This document shows, one piece after another, positions 35,845 through 47,056 of a stretch of DNA of 64,000 nt. The stretch is from positions 20,584,001 through 20,648,000 of the forward strand of contig OX638153.1 of the NCBI GenBank assembly GCA_951804945.1, read 5' to 3'. The position numbers and the translations under genes are program-made. Origin of the DNA: Podarcis cretensis. Its lineage: Eukaryota. The notes beneath the pieces were generated by a model, which ran no database searches, had not been told where the DNA came from, and worked only from the letters and a program-made list of their open reading frames with translations. The first letter of the stretch is position 1; each line of letters begins with the position of its first letter.

Positions 35845-36803
35845 CTATAGTACTTAAAATAATTTGAAAGCAGCGAAAACATTAGTAAAGAAAAACATTT
35901 AACAGTTAAGAATTTGCAGGATAAGCTTTATTATATGCTCCAGATATTGCTATTTATGCTAGACAACAAGGCAGCTACCCCTGCAGTAGCATAATTTGCC
36001 TTCACCTGAGCCAAATTCAGAATTTTAAGCGTGAGCAACAGGAAAATAATCTTAAGTGTAGGAAGTTTCTCTTTTGAAAAACTTTGCATCTGAGCCCTAC
36101 AGATCTAGAATTATGAATTTTAAGCCTCCATATTATATTTTATTATCTTCCTGATCCACTACCTCCCTTTTTCATTGGCTTTTGTGCTCAGATGTGTTTT
36201 GTACCGAGACTCCAAAAGAAATCTTGGAAATAATTGAACCAATTCATATGGCTGATTGTGTCTCATATTCAAATATGGAATGAAGAGAGGAAATGTAATA
36301 AAAGATTATATTTAATACCAGTACCTTAGTCTATGCCTGGCTGATTGGCATGATGCAAATTTTATCATACCTGACTATTTTAGGGTTCTGAAAATACAAA
36401 AATATAATAATTTAATAAATAACTAAATGTGATTGAAAATGAGCTAAATGATACGTTGCGAATTTGTGACTTGAGTTTTCAGTATCTGCCAGCTGGCTTT
36501 GTAGTTTCCCAAGAGTAATGTGAAGGGTTTCTACCATGTATCATATGATCAAAAAACCTAATACTAACCCAATCACACCCCAGTACAATCTAACATTTTT
36601 TCATAATGTGATGGAAAACGGGTAATATTATACCACACTTTTCCATTATCTGAATCAGAATGGACTTTCTCAGCAACGTTTCAGTTCTAGCATTCTTTAC
36701 ACTCATCCCATTAGTCAAAGGGTCTTTGGTTGCCCACCCCCATTCATGCCAACATTTGTGTGTTTGAAAGGCAAGACAGGATTATATATTTAGCAACACA
36801 GCG

Positions 36804-36808
<5 letters not shown>

Positions 36809-36840
<32 letters not shown>
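36809..36840. repeat. (AT)n microsatellite
   Basis: Read directly. Confidence 0.95.
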
Positions 36841-36843
<3 letters not shown>

Positions 36844-38429
36844 ATTTCAGTCCTCTCTGAAATGATTCCACACAAATACCTGTGAGAGCATAAAAGTTAG
36901 AAAAAGATTGGTATGTCTAGAAGGCTGTGGGAAACCAGCAAGCAGGGTGGGAGCACAACAGCCCTCTCCTCTTCTGTGGTTTCCAGCAACTGGTATTCAG
37001 AACTGTTGCTACCTCCAACTGTGGCAGCAAAGCATAGTCACTGTGGCTAGCAGTCATCAATAGTCGTGTCATAGCTAGTAGCCTTTGAAGGAGGAACACC
37101 TTCATATCAAAAGGTCAAAATTATAAATCTCCTCATTCCAGCACTAGCAAGCCAAGCTACATCCAGGACAAAATGTCAGGACTGTGCAGACTCTGTTATC
37201 TTTTCACAATTGAGTAAGGCTTAGCTGCAGGGCTAAGAGGAGCTGCTAGCAATAGTTCGCTAAATTTACAGAATGCCAAGATTTGCTAGTATCTTATAGT
37301 GAGCTAGCCTATTGGTCTGTCAGTCCCAATATGGTCTATCCTGAGTGGCAGTATCTCTCCAGAGTTTCAGGCTCAGAGATTTTTTTCCAGCCCCATTGGG
37401 GGCAGCCAGTGTAAAGCCCTCCAGAAGTTGTTAGACTATAGTTCCCATCATCCCCAGCCGGGAGCCCCATCATCCCGGCTAGTGTTGAGTCCAGCAACAT
37501 ATGGAAGTCACCACATTGGCAACCCCTGATGTAAATAATCAGATAAGTCTCCAGTGCTTACTCACCACAAGGAAAATGGACTGTAAAATACTGCCCCCTA
37601 CTCCAAAATATCCTACAGCTTGAAATGGAGAGCATAAAACAAAATGATTGCCTTAGACAAATGACATTCCCATAAAATTTGACTTTAGTTCCTTGTCCTT
37701 TTGTTCGGAATGGCCAAGTTCCGCCTCCTTGAGAGCAAATGAGAAAGCCAAGCACTCTTCAGCAGCCTCCTCTTCTGTCTTTGTCCCCTTTGTGCTTGCA
37801 CAACAAAAGAGCAGTACATTAAGAATAAATGGCAGTAATGGACTGATGGGAATACTTCCCCTTTAAGTGGACAGCACAAGCTGGATGGAGCCCAGAGCTT
37901 TAAAAGTATGAAACCTGCTGATTAATCCTCAGATTCACAATTGTAAATGTAAGCACTTTAAGTTGCTGGGTGGCTTTGTGGAAAGGACAGTATTTTAGAA
38001 TAGAGAACAGACAGCTTGATTGGGAGAGAGTTGAGACATATCTGAAACTGTCAGAAATTGTCAAAATGTCTGGGCACCTCTAAGGAGACTAGCTAACTTT
38101 CATCTCTTGGTAGTGGTGGGCTGACAGGGAGGCAAAGACATTGATGCGCACGGGCGCAATGAAGGTTGCATAGAGGAACTTTCTCCAAATGTTCTGTAGT
38201 TCATTGAGCGCATTTTCAAAGTGAGGCTGTTGATGTGAACAGCTATACCCAATTCCAGACCCTTTTTTTTTTTGCAATCCAGGATCCAGGGGTTCTGCTG
38301 TTCTTGGCTGGAGGCGACACTGGGGAGTTGAGTTGAAGCCTGATGTGCAATAGGCTCAGAATGCTACTTCAAAGAGTTGGTCAATGAAAGGCAAAAGGTC
38401 AGCTCCTAGGATCTATGGTGAATCTAGAA

Positions 38430-38711
38430 TAGCCTTCACCATCCTAGTGCCCTCCGGAAATTTTAAAATGCCACTCCCACTAGCCTCAGTCAACATGATA
38501 GCTCAGTTGGTGGAGCATGAGACTCCTTAATATCAGGGTCGTGGGTTCGAGCCCACGTTGGGCAAAAGATTCCTGCATTGCAGGGGTTGGACTAGATGAC
38601 CCTTGCTGTCCTGTCCAACCCCACAGTTCTATGACTCTATGACTGTTCTGGCTGGGACTGATGTGAGTGGTAGTCCAAAACATCTGGAGGGCACCAGGAT
38701 GGTGCATACTG
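38430..38711. mobile_element. Palindromic hAT-type MITE interrupted by the tRNA-Lys SINE
   Basis: 8-bp TSD ATCTAGAA at 38422-38429 and 38712-38719; inverted GTGCCCTCC/GGAGGGCAC arms. Confidence 0.7.
38492..38642 (+). mobile_element. tRNA-Lys-derived SINE with a CR1 3' tail
   Basis: Head TAGCTCAGTTGGTGGAGCATGAGACTCCTTAATATCAGGGTCGTGGGTTCGAGCCCACGTTGGGC resembles tRNA-Lys(CTT) with A and B boxes; tail GATTCCTGCATTGCAGGGG...TTCTATGACTCTATGA is shared with the CR1 ends at 24250-24311 and 28910-28989. Confidence 0.85.
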
Positions 38712-38996
38712 ATCTAGAAGTCTCATACTGCCTGTCAACTGCAAAGGCTATTCTTGCACCCATGTATTCTTTACTATGCCTGAAGAGGCTTCTGGGACCT
38801 GAATGCACACAATTACTGGACTCCAAGCCTTAATCCATAAGTTTCTTGGTATTGGAACCAAATCCTTGATGCATCTGATTACTCAGTAATTTTGGGCCAA
38901 ATAGAAAAATATGTAACATGCATGATTGCAAATCATGTACTGGAATTTTTTTCTCAGATTAGGTATTATATGTAACATTCTGCTTTGTACTTACAG

Positions 38997-39109
38997 TGTC
39001 GTGGAGCTGGGCAAGGATTCCAGGTGTTCTGCAGCGTCTTGGATTTACTTACTTCATTTTGGCTTTGATGGAGACCTTCTTTTGCTTAAAAGACCTTGGC
39101 AGATATCAG
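38997..39109 (+). CDS. HGSNAT: HGSNAT-like exon (equivalent to exon 11)
   Basis: ttacag|...|gtgag, 113 bp. Encodes LSWSWARIPGVLQRLGFTYFILALMETFFCLKDLGRYQ with the family motif RIPGVLQRL. Confidence 0.93.
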
Positions 39110-39837
39110 GTGAGATGCAATGGGACTGACCTTGGAAAAACATACCCTTGCTCACTTTTTAGGCCCCAACAGATCCATTTGGTAGTATGTGTGTGGCATC
39201 CAGCTAGCCTCATGTTATTGGTGTCTTATATTTTACCAGTTTCCAGGACTGCTGACTTTCTTACCTATAATCTCACTCTCTGGCACCACTAAATTTCAAT
39301 CAGAAATAATCTCGATTGTCCCTTTACTTGGCTACACTGTAACCAATGCCCTTGCTTACTCTCCTTTCTTGGGAGGTATATTGTGCTCAAAGGTTTCACA
39401 AACTGAATCTCCACACAAGTTTTACAAGTAAGATAAATACCATTCTCACAATAGCTTAAAAACAGGATACCATCATCATCATTATTAAATTACTGCAGCC
39501 TTGTTGATGCCCTTGCATTGAGTCAGTCACGTTTTCAGCAGAAGCAGTACACTGGTAGCACAGTAAGTAAGATACCAGGCCTTGGCTACTGTTGGGTTCC
39601 CTGCCCCTTATAAGAGTCTGGTATTTAGTAGGTTTTCAAATTAAATACTTACCTAATTAATATGCACCTATCCACTGCATCAAAAGCAAATGGATAATGC
39701 ATCAACAAATTTGGTAGCAGAGAAACATTAAAGGTGTAATTTTGAAAAATGTTGAAAGAGAGAGACTTCACATTAATCCCAACAACACTATAATGCAAGT
39801 ATATTATTGTTATTATTATTTATTCAATTCATATACC

Positions 39838-40098
39838 CACTGGAGGAGGAATGGGAGTGCGGAGGGAACGGACCGCCCCTGGCACCACTATTCCAGTAAG
39901 GTGCCATCACGGTGGCCTTCCCTGGACATGTGCTGCGCACCCCCTGCTCGCCGGGCATCATGCCCCCAGATGCACACCACGCCCTCTGCGGGCAGTGTGC
40001 CATGCCACCGGGATGCATGTCATGCCCCTGAGGGGGCACCAGCCACACCCCCACCTGCTCTCTGCCCCTGGTAGCAGAGCATGCAGCTTTTGCCACGG
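39838..40098. mobile_element. GC-rich hAT MITE inserted in an L2 tail
   Basis: 8-bp TSD CATATACC at 39830-39837 and 40099-40106; ends shared with 59194-59597. Confidence 0.7.
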
Positions 40099-41661
40099 CA
40101 TATACCACCCTTTACCAGAAGATTCTAGGATGGTGTACAACATTAAAAACACATTATAGAACATCAGTGATAAAAACATAATAAAAAACATAATGACAGA
40201 CAGCCCAATAGTAAAATAATCATCGTAGTGACATTCCACTCCCCCACACTTTCACATGCCATAGATTACTTAATGGCCATAGGCCTGGGTAAAGAGGAAT
40301 ACTTCTGCTTGGCACCTGTAGGCATGTAGTGATGGCACCAGGTGAGCTTCTCTGGGGGGAGCATTCCGTAATCAGGGAGCCACCACAGAAAAGGCCTGTT
40401 CTCTTGTATACCACCCACCCACCCACCCACCCACCCACACCCTACTGAAGCTGTTTTCCTTAGGAAAAACACATCAAGATTTTATTACATGCACCTTCTA
40501 TCAAGGTTTTCTTGTGTACATGTTTGGGTTTCACAGGTTGAAGACAGAAGTAACATGTTAAGACGAGTGAGGCCACTTTGAAAGCACCCTCACTATGTTC
40601 AGTAGAAACAGACATTTTCTTTCCCGGGATGAGCTCTGCATATTTTCAGTGCAGTTCAGTGTGAAGAATTACTAGGAGAAAATGGAAGGAATGTATTGGC
40701 TAGCACCTTCTGCATTACCAACTCACACAGCCCAATCCAATAGCTGTTTTTGCAAATTCCATTCAATAAAGGTGAATAATGAACATACAATATGCATTTT
40801 ATTTTAAATATATATATTTAAAATGGATAGCTTGCCCGGAGACTGAGGGGAGGAGCTAAACCAGTGTTTGACTTTCTGGTATTGTGCTTATGTGTATGTA
40901 AGGCAAATCAGAAATCTGGAATTGCACTGGGGGTGCAGGGCCATTTGTGATGTTTTGTTTCTGTCTTCACCCTCTAAAAAAAGGGGATGCTTCCATTGGC
41001 TTCCAGTCTGACAAGATCAAGACATAAATTAGAGGGAATGTTACAAATAATATTTCTTCATTGGCAAGCAAGTGAACTGAGTGACCTCATTCCTCCCTCC
41101 CTCCCTCCATTTCCTTTTATCTCTGACTTGGACGATCCTGTTTTAAATTTGGTTTAAATACGTATTTATAGACCAGACTCTAGTGTCTTCTCCTAGTGAT
41201 AATGATCAGCTAATAATGATAAATACTTTGCTGATGAGCTAAGTATGTAATTACACAACAGGCTGCAGTCACTCAATAGAGCTTTTACAAGCTGCTGGGT
41301 AACTGTCTTTTAATAACTGCCTACATATATGTTTGCATTAGAGATGGCAACGGGTGTCGTGGCACAGGCTCCAAATTAAAACGATGCGTGCATTAACGTG
41401 GGGTAGATTTTATCCTTCCTGTTTTATTTGATGCTTCTTGGATCAGATGCTTGCACAAGAACCCTCAGGAGCCACCTTTGAAAACCTGGCACCAAAGGCA
41501 CACACTTAAAGATGGCTGTTCTCTTGCACATTCATGTTTGAAAAGATGCCTTCCAGTCCCATTTCATGCACAGACCAGACATCTCTCAGCATTTAGCAGG
41601 GGAAAGGGCTCCTTGGAAGTGAGCATCAAAGCAACACTTCAGTAGTCCTAGCAGTTTTCCT

Positions 41662-41665
<4 letters not shown>

Positions 41666-41695
<30 letters not shown>
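41666..41695. repeat. (AT)n microsatellite
   Basis: Read directly. Confidence 0.95.
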
Positions 41696-41697
<2 letters not shown>

Positions 41698-41998
41698 CCA
41701 ATTTATGTTTCCCAATTCCTGTGTCAGGAATGAATTTGGGTGACCACACCAAGCATAAAATACTCAGCTAATAAAGATCCAGTGACAAAGGATGGCATAA
41801 AAAATGAATTGAACCATTAGTTGGCTAGAGAAATATATTGCATAACTTGGAAAAAGTGCAAGTATGTTTTGGTTTGCATCTTCTTCTTAGAAAATGCCAG
41901 TTAGCTAAGGCCACCTTTAAATGCAGACTGAACTAAATCCCCCCCATCTGTACCCACCATCCTCAGGGCTATATTGTCAGGAGCTGGAGTCAGGAGTA

Positions 41999-42940
41999 AA
42001 AGGTAAAGGTAAAGGGACCCCTGACCATTAGGTCCAGTCGTGGCCGACTCTGGGGTTGCGGCGCTCATCTCACTTTATTGGCCGAGGGTGCCGGCATACA
42101 GCTTCTGGGTCATGTGGCCAGCATGACTAAGCCACTTCTGGCGAACCAGAGCAGCGCACGGAAACTCCGTTTACCTTCCCGCCGGAGCAGTACCTATTTA
42201 TCTACTTGCACTTTGATGTGCTTTCAAACTGCTAGGTTGACCATAGCTATCAAGTGTCCCTTATTTGAAGGGACAGTCCCTTATTCCAGCGCCATGTCCC
42301 GCTGCTGTTCCTTATTGATGGATGTCCCTTAAATGTCCCTTAAATGATGCCCCTTAAATTTCAAAGGAAGCAGCTCCTCTCCCTCCCTCCCTGCCGGCCA
42401 GGGAGGCTCCAACTGTGTTGCTTCGCTGTGTTGCTCACCCAATAAGAAGTCTAAGAACGACTGGGGGGTGGAGCTTGCATGCCTTGTGTGTGGCTAGTTA
42501 ATGCAAGCTGAGGGTTTTTTTGAATGCTGGACGCCATTTTGTTGCACGTGCTGCTGCAAACTTTGCAGTGCAAAGCCAGGCCGGGGAGCCATCTTAAGTT
42601 GAGGCTGCATAGGCCTTGTGGTGCATGTGATTCAGATTCTATTCAGTTGAACCTCTGATTACAAAGTTGGTTGGACAGTGTTCTCGAAGCTACCAGCATG
42701 AGTTTGACCAGACTGCAGGAGGACAGGAAGACTGGAGTGCCTGGAACAGGTGAGGCTGCAGGTCGCTTATTTTGGCTGCTGGTCCCTTATTTTCAAATCA
42801 GTAAGTTGACAGCTATGAGGTTGACAGGAGCTGGGACCGAGCAATAGGAGCTCACCCCGTCGCGGGGATTCAAACCGCCGACCTTCTGATCGGCAAGCCC
42901 TAGGCTCTGTGGTTTCACCCACAGTGCCACCCGTGTCCCA
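41999..42940 (-). mobile_element. Sauria SINE (subfamily A) interrupted by a hAT MITE
   Basis: (AGGTAA)n tail and Sauria SINE body; 13-bp TSD GGAGTCAGGAGTA at 41986-41998 and 42941-42953. Confidence 0.9.
42242..42817. mobile_element. Non-autonomous hAT element carrying a BovB fragment
   Basis: TIRs CATAGCTATCAAG and GTTGACAGCTATG; 8-bp TSD AGGTTGAC at 42234-42241 and 42818-42825; BovB-like segment at about 42668-42744. Confidence 0.85.
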
Positions 42941-44023
42941 GGAGTCAGGAGTAGGTAACTATAAAACACCTGGTGTCAGTAAAGTCAATTCTTTATTCAA
43001 AGAAACCAAAACAGTGCAGGCCTAGTGATCCCAGCAACTGTTCCCAATCGGTCTTTCTTGCCTCTGTGAGGCAGTTGTGAGGACTGATGTCCCCAACATC
43101 CCACCACTCTCCAAGACTCCTCCCCTGGTTGCTTCCCTATCAGCCTAAGGACCTTTTTATTGTCTCTCATTGCTTTGCCCTCTTCATTCCTCTCTGTGTT
43201 CTGGGAGACCAGCAGGCAAGGGAGCTGGTCACAGCAGGAGAGGGAGAATCTCTGGCTTCTTCAGCAGCCTGCCTCCACTCTGCTTCTTGACCCACCTCTG
43301 TTTCTGCTTTTGAGCTGCTCTCTGCTACAGCCTCTTCCTGCTCACTCAACCCTGTTGCCTTTTCATCTTCCAACACCTTCTCCTCCCGGTCTACTACTTC
43401 TTCTCCCTCTGACCACTCACCATCATGCCTCCCATCACTCCCCTGGCTCTGAGCCTTCATCCTCTGGGAGTTCCTCTGGGAGTTCTCCTGCTGGTGCTTC
43501 CCACCACTCATCTGCATCCAGCCAGTCCATGACACATACTGAGAGCATAGTAGATTGCATTGCCTATTGTCTGCACAACAAACTTTCCCCTGGTTAGCAC
43601 ATGGGAGATGAGATGAATAAATTTCTCTCTTTTTTTGAGGGCATATTGCACACAGCCTGAACACATGCAAAATCACTGACCTAGTAGCTGGACAACTGCT
43701 TGATAAAAATGACCTTATGGCTTTTTATGAGCACTCAGCATGCTCACTCACCCTCTCTCCGTAGGTATGCGTAGGATTTGATGGATTTTCTTCAGGGTTT
43801 TTTGCATGTGAATCAAGTGACGGAGACAGGAAGTGGCTAACATTCTAATTGCTGCTTTCACTTTCATGTAGTTAAGAGAGCAATTTCCTACTGATGTATA
43901 TAAAGGTGGGGGAAGAAAACCTTTGGGGGTTAAAGAGTGGTTCTGACCCACATTCTTCTGGAAGTGGCCATATTTAATTTCTTGACCGTATCTCTGATCT
44001 TGTAAATTTCCTTCTCTTTTAAG

Positions 44024-44148
44024 TTTGATAACCGGTGGGCTCCACTAAGGGATATTGTTCTCTACTGGCCGGAGTGGGTAATCATGGTGATCCTGGAGAC
44101 CCTTTGGCTGTGCCTCACATTCCTGCTACCTGTCCCTGGATGCCCCAG
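44024..44148 (+). CDS. HGSNAT: HGSNAT-like exon (equivalent to exon 12)
   Basis: cttttaag|...|gtaag, 125 bp. Encodes [41 protein letters not shown](R). Confidence 0.92.
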
Positions 44149-45579
44149 GTAAGCAAGTCTGAATGCACAGTAGAGTAGAATTTTCGTAATGGAAAAAAGG
44201 GCATTCTATAAATGTATTTGTAAAGGTCTTATTCACTATCATGAAAGGTCATTTTCTAAACAACCTATTGTATGAAGGGTACATAACTCCAAAAAGAGGC
44301 CAATGGTTTTACCCATTTCCCAGGTGATAGGATATTCTCTGTGTACTCCCCCCCCCAACAGGATCTTTTTCTTTGCAGTGAGAGAGAAAGCACCGGAGGC
44401 TCATAGCATCTTTGTAACATCTGTTAATTTGCAAGCACACAATTATAGCTTATTGAAAACAAGCAGATTCAGAGAGCGGGCAGCAAGTGCCAATCCTGAA
44501 TCCCAAAGTGTGACATCTGCATCCTACTTCTGCCAACGCCAGCAAAAAAACTCCCATCTTTCCATCTGTCTCAGTTTAAATGGCAATTGCTGTATTTTCT
44601 GCCACACACAAACACCACTTGTCAGGTAGATCTTCCGTTAAGGAAATATATTCCAGTTATTATCTCCAATTGAGAAAATATCAGCTGGTTAGCAAGCCCT
44701 GACCACTGGTCAGGTGACAGAAGGGGGCCAATGGAGTTGCAACTGGTGCTCAAAAGCTTTTAATTCTGAGTGGGCTGCTCAGATTCAGTGCAAACTGCAC
44801 CCTGAGTGTCTGCCCCCTGACTATCCATGTTCCTCTTTCCAAGCCCATTTGCTTTCCAGTTTGATTGTTCGGTCAATATCTACTTGAGTTCAGACAGCCA
44901 GACCTGGTAGAAACATACCTTTGCATTAGACTTGCTTCCATTTACAATCCATGTTGGAAATAATTGGACCCTAAAGAACCCTCCACTCCCATTCTAAGTG
45001 ACACCTGCCAGGCAGTCATTTTTAATGCCCAAGTGTATTATTCTCCAGTACACTGAGCCCTTTCCCCAAGTCCAGTTAAAAAACATTTGAGAGCTCTTCT
45101 GTCCCAGATTCAAGTCAGAATCTCACCTCTCACTGTCCTTAGGGTTGTGCTGTCAGTTCTCATTTCTTTGGACAGAAAATTGAAGGGCAGTGTCGGTGGT
45201 GTTAAATTTCAAATCCCAATTTTGGAAATGAGTGAATTTAGCCCCCTTAAAACCCTATTCTTTGGGAATTGCAGAAGAGGGAACAGGGCTGGCTTGCTGT
45301 GACTGATACATAACTAGTAATATACGCTGTCGGGTTTTTTTGGCTGTGGTTCCCAAGCTCTTTCATGTACCCCAGGACATGCATCCTTTAAAAAGGCACT
45401 GGCAAGGCAAGGCTGTCATATGCTATGTGTCCTGCTGTTTTATCATTTAAAATAATGATCTAGCCATCAGCAGACACAGCTTGAGGTGCATGCAAGGGAT
45501 TGCAGAAGAGCTGTGTGAAATAGATGTATCAGTTTGTGTTTTAGCATGGGAACATTTGCATGTCTTAGTGAATAAGGCA

Positions 45580-45674
45580 AAGCTGCGGGGGGCAGTGGAG
45601 GACAGGAGTGCCTGGCGTTCTCTGGTCCATGGGGTCACGAAGAGTCGGACATGACTAAACGAGTAAACAACAAC
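45580..45674 (+). mobile_element. BovB 3' terminal fragment
   Basis: Near-identical to the reverse complement of about 2878-2972; ends in AAACAACAAC. Confidence 0.9.
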
Positions 45675-46837
45675 ATATTGCTACCTCTTAACAATTCCCC
45701 CTCCCGTTACTTAAAACGAAGCAGAATAATTTTCCCCCCTTGCAGATAAATGCTGCTGTTATCTTAAAACAACAGAAGTGAAAAAGAAGCCAATCTTCTC
45801 TTTCGTGGCATGTGAAGAGAGAGGAAAAAAACTGTGTAGGAAGAGTTATTTATGGGAAACAATAACGTCCCCCTACGCCATTACTGGTACTATGACAGTA
45901 ATTTAGATTTTGCATCAGAATCTTACAAGTTTTGCACTAAGGGGAGGTTGAAGAAACTTTGGGTTGTTTCCCCATTTCTTAGTACCACACAAGTCAATGG
46001 AATGATAAAGTTGACTAGATTATGCTAGAAATAATATTAGGTCTCACACAAATTTTGCTGTTTTTTTTTTTGGGGGGGGGGAATTATCTAATAGTTCAGA
46101 GGGAAGGATTTTTTTAAAAAAAAGGTCTACCAGAGCACTTTCAATTATGTGGCTTTGAACCTGCCCATTTACATAATAAAAAGTGAAATGATAATTAAAA
46201 ATACATGCAAAACTGCTCCAGGCATAGAGGTGGCGGGGCGGGGGGAGGAAGAGGAGAAAGGAAACAAAGAACATGTTATAGGTACTCAGGGGCACTATAG
46301 GTGCCTATACTAATCATACCAAGACATACACATTTCTGTAACAATCCCACTTTTTGCATCTGGCGTTGAGCTTTCTAAGATGCAGCTTGGAACTGAGAAT
46401 TATGAAAGACCAAAGTCTGTCCCCGAGAGGAGAAGAAAGCAATGGTGTGTGCTTGAGGAATCTTACACGGGCGTGGGGCGTGGGGCGTGGGGCTCCCATA
46501 TGCCTTTCCTAACCATAGGAACAACTAATGAAAAGGTTCTCTCTAATACACAGCAAAGGGTCCTGGAGAAATCAGTTGCTGGTTGACCAATCCTCTCCAT
46601 TTGCACTTTCCCCTATTTCCATGTTTGGAAACCCTGAGTTAACCACTGCAAACTGGACGATGCTGTAGATTTCAAAATGTTGCCAGATCAACACAGCTCT
46701 TTGCCTCCCCATTTGCAAGGAGGCAGGATCACATCCTCACATCGACTGAACTCCCTGCCTGCATATTATGCAAAGTTCCTCCCAATTTAACTCATATTTC
46801 ATCTTTCTCTACTCAACACCATCATCTAGTTACCCCA

Positions 46838-47056
46838 GTTACAGATAGGTAGCCGTGTTGGTCTGCCATAGTCAAAACAAAATAAAAAAATTCCTTCCAG
46901 TAGCACCTTAAAGACCAACTAAGTTAGTTCTTGGTATGAGCTTTCGTGTGCATGCATGGTATCTGAAGAAGTGTGCATGCACACGAAAGCTCATACCAAG
47001 AACTAACTTTGTTGGTCTTTAAGGTGCTACTGGAAGGAATTTTTTTATTTTGTTTT
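46838..47056. mobile_element. Palindromic Penelope-like (PLE) non-autonomous insertion
   Basis: 83-bp inverted arms (46874-46956 and 46974-47056, 1 mismatch); GGTAGCCGTGTTGGTC leader typical of squamate Penelope ends; 14-bp TSD ATCTAGTTACCCCA at 46824-46837 and 47057-47070. Confidence 0.8.
46957..46998 (+). ncRNA. Minimal type I hammerhead ribozyme motif (Penelope-type)
   Basis: UGGUAU-CUGAAGA-A-GUGUG(CAUG)CACAC-GAAA-GC-UC^AUACCA: helix I 6 bp, helix II 5 bp, palindromic AGCU helix III. Predicted cleavage after C46992. Confidence 0.75.

Larger units (their letters stand above)
41975..43534 (-). mobile_element. Putative solo LTR-like element (host of the nested SINE)
   Basis: TGTCA...TGACA termini; minus-strand AATAAA near 42992; C/T-skewed body. 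TSD is not clean. Confidence 0.4.

Noticed and set aside
37566-37580. 15-nt minus-strand micro-exon (ttttacag|TCCATTTTCCTTGTG|gtgagt)
   Set aside because: Good signals and phase-compatible with the 38098 block, but too short to distinguish from chance without reads.
38492-38563. Functional tRNA-Lys gene
   Set aside because: The acceptor stem 5' strand is degenerate, the anticodon arm has an extra base and a mismatch, and it is fused to a CR1 tail, so it is a SINE.
43167-43676. 169-aa acidic ORF as a host gene
   Set aside because: Lies within a purine-skewed LTR-like repeat; the composition explains the E-rich translation.
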